Source: an uncultured Spirochaetota bacterium (GTDB lineage Bacteria > Spirochaetota > Brevinematia > Brevinematales > JAOACQ01). Taken from it: 64,000 nt of DNA. The stretch covers positions 736,001 through 800,000 of the forward strand of contig CAWIGG010000002.1 of NCBI GenBank assembly GCA_963835575.1. The letters run 5' to 3'. Positions 48,331 to 58,988 of this stretch are shown in pieces (within the stretch, counting starts at the first letter, position 1; each line of letters opens with the position of its first letter). Position numbers and translations under genes: made by a program. The notes beneath the pieces were generated by a model. That model was given only the letters and a program-made list of their open reading frames with translations, searched no databases and was not told the origin of the DNA.

Positions 48331-49215
48331 ATGATCGTAAAATTGAACGGTGAAGTCCTGGATGTCACTCTTGAGAATGAGAAAACAGCCCTTGATGTCG
48401 TTGATTCTTTGAGCAGGGAATTGAATAAAAAAGAGATCATCATGACTTCTATTTCCATCAATAACACTCAATATAATGTTGAAGATAAAAAAATGAAAGA
48501 TATTAAGATCAGCCAGATTGATGAAATAAATATTGAGGCCTCAACCAAGGACGAACTGGTCGGCAGCCTTCTTGAGGAATGCAGAAAGGTCCTGATGAAT
48601 ATCGCATCGGATATAAAGAAAAATGAATTTGCCCATGTAAAGGAATTTAACGAGCTGTTTTTATGGATCAAAGAGACAATTGAGACCATTAACCGGCTTT
48701 CTCTTTTTAATCTGGTGGAAGTAAAACTGCTCATTTCCACTATTGATCAGCTGACTGCCTATCTTAACAGCAAGGAAAAGGATGACAGCAAAATCGGCTC
48801 CATTATCAGTATTTTAGAGAGCCTGATTAAATATATCGATGCGATCCATTTAAAGATTTCGACAAATTTCTCGATCACAAGCGGCGAGTTGATGGACGCG
48901 ATCCAGGAAAGCATTCTGATCCTGCCTGAGATTTCCGAGGCTTTCCAGGTCGGGCATGACAAGGACGCTTATGACAAAATTAATAAAATCATCAGTATTC
49001 TGGAGATATGCTGCATTTATTTAAGGAAGAATATTTCGTCTTTTTCAGCGGATGAGAAAGATGAAATCGAAGGTTTGTACGAGGAAATCAATTCGTTGTT
49101 GACCCAGATTGTTGAAGCCTTTGAGAACGGCGACGCTGTATTATTGGGCGATTTGCTGGAATATGAACTTCCTGAAAAACTAGAGAATTATAAAAGGATT
49201 ATATTGAAAGGATAA
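48331..49215 (+). CDS. Hypothetical helical protein heading the che operon
   Basis: 294 aa; C-terminal AFE..D.VL.GDLLEYE motif. Confidence 0.75.
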   Translation: MIVKLNGEVLDVTLENEKTALDVVDSLSRELNKKEIIMTSISINNTQYNVEDKKMKDIKISQIDEINIEASTKDELVGSLLEECRKVLMNIASDIKKNEFAHVKEFNELFLWIKETIETINRLSLFNLVEVKLLISTIDQLTAYLNSKEKDDSKIGSIISILESLIKYIDAIHLKISTNFSITSGELMDAIQESILILPEISEAFQVGHDKDAYDKINKIISILEICCIYLRKNISSFSADEKDEIEGLYEEINSLLTQIVEAFENGDAVLLGDLLEYELPEKLENYKRIILKG

Positions 49216-49218
49216 ACA

Positions 49219-50049
49219 ATGTGGCCTGAACCTTTACTGCCGGGCGATCCTGCTATAAAATTTATAGCTGATCTTGTTTATGAAAATTGCGGAATTGTTT
49301 TCAAGGATTCAAATCTAAGCGTTTTAATCAGCAGGCTCACGACAAAATTAAAAGAAAAGGAAGTAGATTCCCGCCGTTATCTTGCCCTTCTCAAAGAAGA
49401 TAAAAATGAACTCGCTTCTTTTATCGATTTTGTAACGACAAATTTCACCAGCTTTTTCAGGAACCCCAGGCATTTTGAGATATTAAGCGAAGTGGTCCTG
49501 CCTGAATTGGAAAAAAGAAACTCGTCGTCGAGGTCGATAAAAATCTGGAGCGCGGGCTGCGCTACGGGCGAAGAGCCTTATTCAATCATGATGGTTGTCT
49601 ATCATTATTTTAATAGACATAATCTTTTTGCTTCCGGGTGGAATTTCTCGGTCATCGCTTCCGATATCAGCCTGGAAAGCCTTTTTACAGCAAAGGAAGC
49701 GAAGTTTCCTGAACGCAGCGTTCAGAAAATTGAAAAACCCTACCTGGATAAATATTTTATGGAGATTGATAATTCATTTCTGGTTAAAGAAGAGTATAAA
49801 AAATGGGTAAAATTCGATTATCATAATCTGATTTATGATAACGGCATCCGGGATATCGATATAACATTCTGCAGGAACGTATTGATCTATTTCGATGAAG
49901 ACGTGCAGAAAAAGGTCATGTCCAATATTTACCTTTCAATGAAGGAAGACGGCTTTCTTTTCCTGGGCCATTCGGAAAGCCTGATAGGGTTGTTCGAAGG
50001 TTATAAACCCTTCTCAACTGAAAAGGGTATTATATATGTTAAGCAATAA
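49219..50049 (+). CDS. cheR: Chemotaxis methyltransferase
   Basis: TTN.TSFFR, IWSAGCATGEEPYS, FCRNVLIYF, LGHSES motifs. Confidence 0.95.
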   Translation: MWPEPLLPGDPAIKFIADLVYENCGIVFKDSNLSVLISRLTTKLKEKEVDSRRYLALLKEDKNELASFIDFVTTNFTSFFRNPRHFEILSEVVLPELEKRNSSSRSIKIWSAGCATGEEPYSIMMVVYHYFNRHNLFASGWNFSVIASDISLESLFTAKEAKFPERSVQKIEKPYLDKYFMEIDNSFLVKEEYKKWVKFDYHNLIYDNGIRDIDITFCRNVLIYFDEDVQKKVMSNIYLSMKEDGFLFLGHSESLIGLFEGYKPFSTEKGIIYVKQ

Positions 50050-51163
50050 TAAAATAAAAGTCCTTATTGTTGACGATTCCGTCCTGGTCAGAAAATATGT
50101 GTCCCAGATTTTATCGGAACTGGATAATATTGAGATTGTCGGCCTGGCGTCCAACGGGCAGATCGCGCTTCAAAAAATATATCTTTATAAACCGGATGTG
50201 GTCATTCTGGATATTGAGATGCCTGAAATGACCGGTCTGGAATTATTGAAACATGTAAAAGAGAAAAGCGATAATACAGGCGGGATCTTTTTTATTATGT
50301 TCAGTTCTCTTCTGGAAGAAGGGTCTTCAATTATATTTGAGGCTTTATCCTACGGAGCCGCTGATTTTATAAAAAAGCCCGTTGGTCCTATTTCCGGTAA
50401 TCTGGAATATTTAAAAAGAGAATTTGATTTAAAGATAAAAGGGCTCTATCAGGGCAAAAGAGAGATGAAATCCTGGCATACCTTTGAACATGAAGTGATC
50501 AAAAAAGATTTAAAACATGAAACGCCGGATGATGTTGTGGAAGGCCTTGAAAAACTGGAGGATGTTTTCAAAAAAAAAGAAATAAAACCGGAATTAATCG
50601 CCATCGGCTCATCAACCGGCGGTCCTGTCGCCGTGAGGAGCATCCTGGATAATCTCCTGGAGCTTCCTGTACCACTTGTAATAGCTCAGCATATGCCGGC
50701 GGGATTTACCACGGAATTCGCAAAAAACCTGAAAAGTATTTACCATCGTGAAGTTGCAGAGCTGTCTGACGGCGCCATTCTGGAGAAGGGGATTGTTTAT
50801 ATATGTCCCGGCGGCTTTCATTCCAGGATAAATAAAGCCGATGGAAATTTGATTTATCAGTCAGATGCAAATAATTACGAAGGTATTTTCTTTAAACCGT
50901 CCTTAGATATCTTTTTTCATTCGCTTATGGAATCTGTCGGGAAAAACATGGCGGGGATAGTCCTCAGCGGAATGGGCAAGGACGGTTCTCATGAATCGGT
51001 CCATTTAAGAAAAATGGGGGCGCTCATGATAGCCCAGGACCAGGAAAGCTCTGTGATCTGGGGGATGCCCGGCAATTCAGTTAAAAGCGGGGGCATAGAT
51101 ATCATTATTAATATTAAAGATATCGGTGAAGCCATCAATTTAATAGCGGGAAAAAGCCGATAA
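50036..51163 (+). CDS. cheB: Chemotaxis methylesterase (REC + CheB)
   Basis: LDIEMP; GSSTGG, QHMP, GMGKDG catalytic motifs. Confidence 0.95.
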   Translation: MLSNNKIKVLIVDDSVLVRKYVSQILSELDNIEIVGLASNGQIALQKIYLYKPDVVILDIEMPEMTGLELLKHVKEKSDNTGGIFFIMFSSLLEEGSSIIFEALSYGAADFIKKPVGPISGNLEYLKREFDLKIKGLYQGKREMKSWHTFEHEVIKKDLKHETPDDVVEGLEKLEDVFKKKEIKPELIAIGSSTGGPVAVRSILDNLLELPVPLVIAQHMPAGFTTEFAKNLKSIYHREVAELSDGAILEKGIVYICPGGFHSRINKADGNLIYQSDANNYEGIFFKPSLDIFFHSLMESVGKNMAGIVLSGMGKDGSHESVHLRKMGALMIAQDQESSVIWGMPGNSVKSGGIDIIINIKDIGEAINLIAGKSR

Positions 51164-51199
51164 AAATAGCATTGGAAAGCCATAGAATAAGAAAGAATG

Positions 51200-51228
51200 T
51201 TGATATAAATGCACTTTTGAAATATACT
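51200..51228 (+). promoter_or_regulatory. sigma70-type promoter upstream of cheA
   Basis: TTGATA-N17-TATACT. Confidence 0.5.
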
Positions 51229-51262
51229 TAATTGCAGTGTCAGTCAAAAAAAGGGAGGCGAG

Positions 51263-53491
51263 ATGCCGGACTTTTCGGAAGAGTTGATTAAGGACTTTTT
51301 AGATGAAGCGTTTGATCTTCTGGATAATATGGAGAAAAGCCTTTTGACTCTTGAAAAAAACACCAGCGATGATAAATCCATTAATGAAATATTCAGATGC
51401 GCTCATACCATCAAAGGCGGCGCCGGAACTGTCGGTTTTAATGAAATTCAGAAATTTACTCATACACTTGAGGATGTTTTTGAATTAATAAGGAAAAAAG
51501 AAATACCGCTCATATATGAGGACATTTCTCTTCTTTTACGGTCCAGGGATGAACTTGAAAAGATGCTGAACGCGAGAGCTGAAAAAGAAGTATATTTAAA
51601 TGACAGTACCGAGAATGTAAAAAAAGAGCTGATTGCCATAAAAGAATCGCGGGGCATGAAAAAAAAGCCGGAAGCGGTAAAAAGCGCGCCTTTGCCTGAG
51701 AAAGAAATAAAAGAAACAAAAAAATCCATTACTATTAATCCAAAAGAACTGATTGAAACCGCGGGAATTACCCATTATGATCTTTCACTGATCGCGGACC
51801 TGATGGGCCATGCTAAAAGTGTTTATGTATTAAAATATTATTTCAATAAAAATTATGAGATGAAAGAGGTTTCTTCCTTTCAAATTTATGCCCTCCTGAA
51901 TGATATTTCTGAAATAATAAAGATCCACCCGTCCATAGAGGAACTGGAGAAATCTTTTTATCAGGAAGTCCTTTTTATTATCAGCACCGATAAGAATGAA
52001 AACAGCATCAGGGACAAGACGAATTTGACTGAAATGGTCGAAACATTATCAATCATCAAAATAACCAGCGATATTGTTAAAAACCTGGAAAGCATGATGA
52101 TGGTTAAAAAACCGGCGGAAAAGGCGGGGGAAGAAGGCAAAAAAGAATTAAAAGAAGAAAAGGAAATCGATATACAGAAAAGAAATGTCGCGACGCTCAG
52201 GGTTGAAAGCTGGAAAATAGACGAGCTTCTTAACCTGATCGGTGAAATGGTCATAACAAAGGCGGCTTTTCTCCAGCTTGATAATGAATTTGATATATCC
52301 CTGACGGATATCAAATCAACGCTCAGGGAATTTATCAACGGCGTTCATAAGCTTAATCTTACGGGAGAAAGCGAAGTTGTCAGGGAAAAGAACTCCCTGC
52401 TGTTGAACGCTCTGGGCAGCCTTTTTAATTCTTATGAAGTATATACAGACAGCATTCAAAAACTGAATAGAATAGCGACATCCCTCCAGGAAAATGTGAT
52501 GAATATGAGGATGGTCCCTATTCAAATGGTCTTTTCGCGCTTTCCGCGGTTGATCCGCGATATGGCCGATAAGATGGGCAAAAAAATAGAACTGATCGGC
52601 GAAGGCGTGGAGACTGAAATCGATAAAGGTATGGTCGATGATATTTTTGACCCGCTGATCCATATTCTGCGTAATTCGGTGGACCATGGTATTGAATTGC
52701 CTGAAGACAGAATAAAGAAAGGGAAACCGGAAACGGGGAAGCTGGTCATGAAAGCGAATCATGAGGGAGACAGCATTGTAATAGAAATCAATGATGACGG
52801 GAACGGCATTGATGTTGATGCCATCAAGAAAAAAGCCGTGGAAAACGGTTTTATCTCTAAAGAAGCCGCTTCTAAACTTTCTCAGAAAGAAATGCTCGGG
52901 CTGATATATATTCCCGGCCTGTCAACGGCAAAGGAAATTACGGATATGTCCGGCCGGGGCGTCGGCATGGATGTTGTAAAACGAAAGATCGAGGAGATCG
53001 GCGGGAGCGTCGGCATCGCTACCGTCAAAGGCAAGGGGACCAGAATAGTTATCCGTCTTCCGCTGACGCTTGCCATTATCCAGGGCCTCTTGATCGTTGT
53101 CCATTCCATGTATTATGTCATACCGGTGGCTTCTGTTGAGGAAACAGTCATAATATTTTTCAAGGACCTCAAAGATATAAACGGAAGAATGGCTTTTGAA
53201 TTAAGAGGAAAATTCATTCCGGTTATGTCCCTTGAAAAGTATTTTTATCATAATGAACTGAAGCCGGATCCGGAAGGGAAAGCCTACTGCATAGTGTCAA
53301 AATACGGCGAAAATTATGTCGGCATACTGGTCAGCGAGGTTATAGGAGAGCAGGATATAGTCATAAAGTCCCTTAATACAAAGCTCATAAAAAGTCCCGG
53401 CATATCAGCCGCGACAATTATAGGAAATGGGGATATCGGTTATATTCTGGAAACCGCCCAGATCATCAGTCATCATTTTAAAGGCGATTGA
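51263..53491 (+). CDS. cheA: Chemotaxis histidine kinase
   Basis: FR.AHTIKG Hpt, RNSVDHGIE, DDG.G, SGRGVGMDVV, C-terminal CheW domain. Confidence 0.97.
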   Translation: MPDFSEELIKDFLDEAFDLLDNMEKSLLTLEKNTSDDKSINEIFRCAHTIKGGAGTVGFNEIQKFTHTLEDVFELIRKKEIPLIYEDISLLLRSRDELEKMLNARAEKEVYLNDSTENVKKELIAIKESRGMKKKPEAVKSAPLPEKEIKETKKSITINPKELIETAGITHYDLSLIADLMGHAKSVYVLKYYFNKNYEMKEVSSFQIYALLNDISEIIKIHPSIEELEKSFYQEVLFIISTDKNENSIRDKTNLTEMVETLSIIKITSDIVKNLESMMMVKKPAEKAGEEGKKELKEEKEIDIQKRNVATLRVESWKIDELLNLIGEMVITKAAFLQLDNEFDISLTDIKSTLREFINGVHKLNLTGESEVVREKNSLLLNALGSLFNSYEVYTDSIQKLNRIATSLQENVMNMRMVPIQMVFSRFPRLIRDMADKMGKKIELIGEGVETEIDKGMVDDIFDPLIHILRNSVDHGIELPEDRIKKGKPETGKLVMKANHEGDSIVIEINDDGNGIDVDAIKKKAVENGFISKEAASKLSQKEMLGLIYIPGLSTAKEITDMSGRGVGMDVVKRKIEEIGGSVGIATVKGKGTRIVIRLPLTLAIIQGLLIVVHSMYYVIPVASVEETVIIFFKDLKDINGRMAFELRGKFIPVMSLEKYFYHNELKPDPEGKAYCIVSKYGENYVGILVSEVIGEQDIVIKSLNTKLIKSPGISAATIIGNGDIGYILETAQIISHHFKGD

Positions 53492-53524
53492 AGACCGTCC
53501 GGACTAAATTAAAGGAGGAGGATT

Positions 53525-54037
53525 TTGGAGGAAAAAATCCTGAATAAGAAAATCGAAGAGACAAAAAAAGAAAGAAAAGCGGAAGTATTGTTCCAGACCG
53601 TTTCTTTTAAGCTGGACCCTCATATTTACGCGATGGATGTGATGAGCATTCAGGAGATTATTTTCGCGCATAAAATTTATAAAGTCCCCAATACTGACGA
53701 AAAGCTGCTCGGCGTATTGAACCTGAGGGGAAATATTCTGCCGGTTTACAGCATTAAAATGATACTGGGAATGGAAGACACGGTTAAGAACCTTGATATT
53801 ATTGAGGATGAAGAAAAATTTATCATTATGATAAAAAGAGAGAAGGACATATTCGGGATTTTGATCGACGGAATATATAAAAATATAAACGCCACTGATG
53901 AAAATTACAGGACCGGTAAATTTATTCAAGACTGGTCGAAGAATTCGCTTTTTAAAGGCGTGGTTCTGGAAGGGAGCAAGGAAATTCTTGTCATTAATGT
54001 GGAGAGCCTTTTAAAGTATATTATTACATTGAAGTAA
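53525..54037 (+). CDS. cheW: Chemotaxis coupling protein
   Basis: IQEI...VP....GVLNLRGNILPV. Confidence 0.9.
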   Translation: MEEKILNKKIEETKKERKAEVLFQTVSFKLDPHIYAMDVMSIQEIIFAHKIYKVPNTDEKLLGVLNLRGNILPVYSIKMILGMEDTVKNLDIIEDEEKFIIMIKREKDIFGILIDGIYKNINATDENYRTGKFIQDWSKNSLFKGVVLEGSKEILVINVESLLKYIITLK

Positions 54038-54050
54038 CAGGGAGGAATTC

Positions 54051-54512
54051 ATGCGGATAGAATATATCAACCCGTTTGTGGAAGCCTCATTTGACATATT
54101 AAATGAGGTCCTTCAAACTACAGTAAAAAGGGGCCAGCTTTATTTAAAAAAACTGGGCGAATCGATGAAGGGTGTGGCAGTTGTTGTCGGTGTGGTTGGT
54201 AAAATAAAAGGAAGGATTGTTTTTGACCTTTCCGAGGAAACCGCGCTTAAAATCGCATCAAAAATGAATAACGAGGAATTCAAGACCTTTAACGATATGG
54301 CAAGAAGCACAATAGCAGAGATTGCCAATATGATTACGGGACGCTCGGTCACAAAATTGGAAAAAGACAAGCTGAATTTCGCTTTTACCCCTCCCACTCT
54401 CATCACCGGCGAAAACCTGAATATTTATGAATATGCCGATATGGAAGCTTTGATCATTCCGATCGATACCGGTATGGGTGTGATTGAAATCAACATCGCT
54501 TTTAAAGAATAA
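54051..54512 (+). CDS. cheX: Chemotaxis phosphatase
   Basis: YINPF, EIANMITG (ExxN), TPP motifs. Confidence 0.93.
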   Translation: MRIEYINPFVEASFDILNEVLQTTVKRGQLYLKKLGESMKGVAVVVGVVGKIKGRIVFDLSEETALKIASKMNNEEFKTFNDMARSTIAEIANMITGRSVTKLEKDKLNFAFTPPTLITGENLNIYEYADMEALIIPIDTGMGVIEINIAFKE

Positions 54513-54525
54513 AAGGAGGTCAGGC

Positions 54526-54948
54526 ATGCCTATCATTTATGATGAAAACGGTCTTCCAACAGGAAGAAAGGTCAATGGAGGAAATGTAAAAGTACTCGTC
54601 ATTGATGATTCACAGTTTATTATAAAACACCTCAGCCAGATATTTATGTCCCGGGATTTTGAGGTAATCGGCACCGCTGATAACGGTAAATCAGGCGTTG
54701 AGTTGTTTAAACAGCACCATGCCCAGACCGATCTGGTCACCCTGGACATTACCATGCCGGAGCTGGACGGGCTTGAAGCTTTGAAGCAGATAAAAGCGAT
54801 TGATGCGAACGCTGTTGTTATCATGGTTACCGCAATAGGCACGGCGGAAGCCGTCAAAGAGGCTATTAAACTCGGGGCAAAGGGCTATATTGTCAAGCCC
54901 CTGGACAGGGAAAAAGTAATAGAAAGAATAGGGCAGATCTTAAAATAA
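54526..54948 (+). CDS. cheY: Chemotaxis response regulator
   Basis: DDS, LDITMP, KP motifs; follows cheX; AGGAGG RBS. Confidence 0.92.
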   Translation: MPIIYDENGLPTGRKVNGGNVKVLVIDDSQFIIKHLSQIFMSRDFEVIGTADNGKSGVELFKQHHAQTDLVTLDITMPELDGLEALKQIKAIDANAVVIMVTAIGTAEAVKEAIKLGAKGYIVKPLDREKVIERIGQILK

Positions 54949-54971
54949 TGACCGGAGAGGATTTTTAAAAT

Positions 54972-55919
54972 ATGGGTTTGGTTATAGGTATTGATCTGGG
55001 CGGTACGGCGATAAAGGCCGGTTTGATTGATGAAAAGGGAACGGTCCGGAAATCCATGGAAGTCCCGACCGGAGTTGAAGCGAATTCCTGCCATGTTGTC
55101 ATGCAGAACATTAAAGACTGCGTATCGCATTTATTGAAAGAAAATAAGGGAAGCCATATAGACGTTGCCGGCGTCGGGGTCCCCGGTATTGTTCATGAAA
55201 ACGGCAATATCACTATTTTTTCCAATATCCGGGTTTTTGATGATTACCCGATGGGAGCTGAAATAGAAAAAGAATTTAAAATCCCGACTTTTGTTGATAA
55301 TGACGCTAATAATGCGGCGCGGGGCGAGTATGTTTTCGGCGCCGGAAAAGGGAAAAATAATTTTGTCCTCATAACGCTCGGGACAGGGATCGGCGGGGGC
55401 ATTTTTATCAACGGGGACATCTACAGCGGGGCGAACGGCTGCGCCGGCGAGATCGGGCATATGGTCATCGTTCCCGATGGAAAGCAGTGCGGATGCGGGA
55501 ATTTCGGGTGCTGGGAAGCTTACGGTTCGGCAAGCGCCATGGTAAAAAGGGCGAATTGCCTTGCCGGGCGGGGTTTAAAAACTTCCCTCATTAAATATTC
55601 CCCTGAAAAAATGGACGCAAAGGTCATTACTGCGGAAGCGGAGGCCGGCGACCCTGTAGCGCTTCAGGTTTTTGAAGAAAGCGCTTATTATATCGGACTG
55701 GGCCTGGCTAATATTATTAATAATTTTAATCCCGAGCTCTGTATTCTGGGAGGCGGATTATCGCATGCCGGCAGGTTTCTGCTGGATAAAGTGAAATTTT
55801 ACGCTATGCTGAATTCTGTACCGTCAGCCTGGAAGGGAGTGGAAATAACCGCCGCAAAATTGGGCAATAAAGCGGGAGTATTGGGCGCGGCGGCCCTTGC
55901 TTATATGAAAATAAAATAA
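54972..55919 (+). CDS. ROK family sugar kinase (glucokinase-like)
   Basis: IDLGGT, NDAN, GTGIGGG, EIGH, CGCG..GCWE motifs. Confidence 0.93.
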   Translation: MGLVIGIDLGGTAIKAGLIDEKGTVRKSMEVPTGVEANSCHVVMQNIKDCVSHLLKENKGSHIDVAGVGVPGIVHENGNITIFSNIRVFDDYPMGAEIEKEFKIPTFVDNDANNAARGEYVFGAGKGKNNFVLITLGTGIGGGIFINGDIYSGANGCAGEIGHMVIVPDGKQCGCGNFGCWEAYGSASAMVKRANCLAGRGLKTSLIKYSPEKMDAKVITAEAEAGDPVALQVFEESAYYIGLGLANIINNFNPELCILGGGLSHAGRFLLDKVKFYAMLNSVPSAWKGVEITAAKLGNKAGVLGAAALAYMKIK

Positions 55920-55935
55920 GGAAAGCGGAAATCCG

Positions 55936-57069
55936 ATGAATAATGAAAAATTAGATTTTTTTAGAAAATTCATCCTGTTTTTTATATTTATAATAATTTA
56001 TGTCCGGGGTTATTCCGGTTTAATCATCAATTGCGAAGGATTGACATACGAGGAAACCCTTTCTTTTATTTCTTCAAATTCAAATCTGTCTCTGGAAGGA
56101 GTGATAATCGGAAGCCCTTTTAAGGGATATGATTATAAAAAGAAAGACGCAGTCAACTATGATTATTTTGATACCGGAACAAAGTTTCAGAGAGGTTCGC
56201 TGGAAACAGCGTCAGGTACAACCGCTTCTTTTACCAATCTTGTTCATGTTTTAAAAGAAAAAAAGATAGCGCTTTATTCCAAAATCAACCTGTTTGTACA
56301 GAAGGACGGTTTTAAAAGGGATTTCTGGAACAGCACTGATTTTACGTCCGACAGCTATCTTTATTCCGATTTGTATTATCTTAATATCGATAATAACAGC
56401 GCCAGAGCAAAATTGCAGAGTATAATTCAATTTATGCTGTCGCTTTCAATAGATAAATGGCTGGTTGATCTCAGAGATCTTCCCGGCAGCCTGGGAAAAG
56501 ACTATGGAGTATTTTTGAGAGGGAATTACGGAGATAAATTTCTTGTTCTTTCCGACAATATGAATGAAAATGAAACGAGAATAAGCGCGGATGATTACTA
56601 TTTTTTAAGAAATAATATATTCATACTACCGGTCCCTCAGCTGACAAAAGTGAATTCATTCCGGGCTCATTCCGGCTGGATCCATTATATTGACAGCGAA
56701 AGCCTTTCAATGAATAATTATGCCGCGGCCGCCTATTTGCTGTCGCAGAAACAGCGCGTCGTTATTCCTTATGCTATGATCAATACTTTAGGTTCGCGGA
56801 TTTTCCAGTTTTTTCTGCCGGCCGCTGATTTTAAAGTTAAAACCATTTCGGATGAAAAATTAGTCATTTATAATAAAGATAAACTGGCGGCTTTAAATTT
56901 TAATGACAATTTTTCCTTCTGGGAAACGGAAAATCTGCTGAATAAAAAAGGCTTTTTTAAAAGTGTTTTTGGAAGCTCCACTCTTTATCTTAAAGCAAAT
57001 AAAATGCGTTTTTTTATGTTTCCTGAATCGATCGCATTGTGGGATACAGGAATTTCTTCCGGTGAATAA
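55936..57069 (+). CDS. Exported hypothetical protein, possibly a degenerate GH13-like barrel
   Basis: GT..SF..LV..L....I and LN.DN......I..W.VD segments echo alpha-amylase regions. Confidence 0.5.
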   Translation: MNNEKLDFFRKFILFFIFIIIYVRGYSGLIINCEGLTYEETLSFISSNSNLSLEGVIIGSPFKGYDYKKKDAVNYDYFDTGTKFQRGSLETASGTTASFTNLVHVLKEKKIALYSKINLFVQKDGFKRDFWNSTDFTSDSYLYSDLYYLNIDNNSARAKLQSIIQFMLSLSIDKWLVDLRDLPGSLGKDYGVFLRGNYGDKFLVLSDNMNENETRISADDYYFLRNNIFILPVPQLTKVNSFRAHSGWIHYIDSESLSMNNYAAAAYLLSQKQRVVIPYAMINTLGSRIFQFFLPAADFKVKTISDEKLVIYNKDKLAALNFNDNFSFWETENLLNKKGFFKSVFGSSTLYLKANKMRFFMFPESIALWDTGISSGE

Positions 57070-57090
57070 ATTGGCAGGAGTATATTTGAA

Positions 57091-57912
57091 ATGTTGAGAA
57101 AATTTGTTTTTTCGTTCTTTTTTTTAATCCTTTTTTCCTGTTCTCAATATTACCGTTTTGATGAGCTGTATGATAAAGGGGAATTTATAAAGGCCTATCA
57201 TCTCCTGGATAATATCAGTAATAAGACGAATGCCCATTTTCAGAGAAGGTTTTACCGTGTAATTATTAAGCTTGCGCTGGACGGCGATTCGGATTTTATT
57301 GAGATGCTGAAAGGCATGGTGAGCAATCGTTCCCAGATAGAGATTAATCCTTATCTTTCTTTCGGCGGCGCATATCTGTCCTATCTGGCGGCAAAAGATT
57401 CCTCTGAATATCTTTCGGTAATATCAAATCTGCAGGACATAAAAAATGTTCCCGAAGAGTTTGTTGTATACGCTTATAAATTAAGAGGCATTTCACACTA
57501 TAAACTGGGTAATTATAATGAGGCGGTCGATGACCTTAATAAAAGCTATAGGATGATACCTTATGTGGATGATCTCTATTTTATCGGAAAATGTTTTTAC
57601 GGTCTCCAGGATAACAAACAGGCCTATTATTATTTCAGCAGGGTCGTACAGAGTACCCAGAACGGTTTTTTCCGGGGCCTCGCAAACTTTGAGATAGGCG
57701 AGATATTCTATTACGAGGCAAAATACGCTGAGGCGCTCGCTAAATATATTGAGGCTGTCAATTATTATTCCAAAAACGCTGATTGCACATATAAAATAGC
57801 GAAATGCCTGGAAAAGTTAAAATATAACCGTTTAAGTCCGAAGTTTTATAAGGCGTCTCTCAGAATACAGAAAGATTACGCGAGCGCATGGTTTTTTCTT
57901 AATATCAATTAA
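57091..57912 (+). CDS. TPR-containing lipoprotein
   Basis: LFSC lipobox, several TPR helices. Confidence 0.8.
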   Translation: MLRKFVFSFFFLILFSCSQYYRFDELYDKGEFIKAYHLLDNISNKTNAHFQRRFYRVIIKLALDGDSDFIEMLKGMVSNRSQIEINPYLSFGGAYLSYLAAKDSSEYLSVISNLQDIKNVPEEFVVYAYKLRGISHYKLGNYNEAVDDLNKSYRMIPYVDDLYFIGKCFYGLQDNKQAYYYFSRVVQSTQNGFFRGLANFEIGEIFYYEAKYAEALAKYIEAVNYYSKNADCTYKIAKCLEKLKYNRLSPKFYKASLRIQKDYASAWFFLNIN

Positions 57913-57928
57913 AAAAATGGAGAGGCTC

Positions 57929-58933
57929 ATGCAGTCAAAGAAATATAATTACCTTGTCGCCGATGATGAATTTCCGGTGCAGAAGATCATCTGCGATATT
58001 CTTGCCATCCATCCCAATACAATCTCAATTTATACGGCGAATGACGGAGAAAAAGCTTTTCAGCTCTATCTGTCAAATGATATCGATATTGTGATTACCG
58101 ATGTGCTTATGCCGAGGCTATCAGGCCTGGACCTGATAAAAAAGATCAAAGAAACAAATCCTGAGGCCAGCATCATTGTTGTTTCGGCTTCCAGCAACCT
58201 GGATATAGTCCGTGAGGCGCTGAGGAACGGGGCTTATGATTATATCATCAAGCCGTTTTCTGTTGACGATATCATGTTTTCAATAAACCGCATCATTGAA
58301 AGGCTTAAATTGATTGAGGAAAAAAAGAATTACCTTATTTCCCTGGAAGAAGAGATCGCCGAAGTCACAAAAAGGCTCCAGTCTTCTTTTTTTGATTCTT
58401 TAAGACTGATCATTAACAGTCTTGAATTAAAGGATAAAACAATGTCCTCTCATTCAAAGAATGTGGCGAAATATTCGGAAAAGCTGGCCCTTGTTCTTAA
58501 TATTGAACAGGAAAGGGTTGAAAATATTAAAATCGGCGGATTTCTTCATGATATAGGTAAAATCGGCATTCCTGACAACATCCTCTCCAAGCCTTCGTTT
58601 CTGGACCTGGATGAATTCGGGCTGATAAAAAATCATACCGTTTTAGGAAAGAAAATTGTTGAGCCGATGATTAATAGGGAGGATGATATACTGCATTTTA
58701 TCTATTATCATCATGAGAGATATGACGGGAAGGGTTATCCGGAAGGCTTGAAAGGCGAAGAGATTCCTCAGGTTGCCAGGATCGCGGCGATAGCAAATGC
58801 TTATGACGCGATGACTTCGGACAGGCCTTATAAAAAGGCAAAGAGTAAAAAAGAAGCTCTTGTTGAATTAAAAGCAAACAGCGGACTGCAGTTTGACCCG
58901 GAAATGGTAAAGAGGTTTATAACTTTATTGTAA
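57929..58933 (+). CDS. REC + HD-GYP c-di-GMP phosphodiesterase (RpfG-like)
   Basis: TDVLMP REC domain; HDIGK, HHERYDGKGYP, RPYK, QFDP motifs. Confidence 0.9.
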   Translation: MQSKKYNYLVADDEFPVQKIICDILAIHPNTISIYTANDGEKAFQLYLSNDIDIVITDVLMPRLSGLDLIKKIKETNPEASIIVVSASSNLDIVREALRNGAYDYIIKPFSVDDIMFSINRIIERLKLIEEKKNYLISLEEEIAEVTKRLQSSFFDSLRLIINSLELKDKTMSSHSKNVAKYSEKLALVLNIEQERVENIKIGGFLHDIGKIGIPDNILSKPSFLDLDEFGLIKNHTVLGKKIVEPMINREDDILHFIYYHHERYDGKGYPEGLKGEEIPQVARIAAIANAYDAMTSDRPYKKAKSKKEALVELKANSGLQFDPEMVKRFITLL

Positions 58934-58988
58934 ACGTTAAGAATCGCACCGCTTTCCGGAGACTGCTAAAAAATGATTAGAGGTTCAA

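Noticed and set aside
51137..51163. sigma28 promoter (GCCGATAA) before cheA
   Set aside because: Coincides with the cheB stop codon and lacks a correctly spaced TAAA; a sigma70-type site at 51200 fits better.
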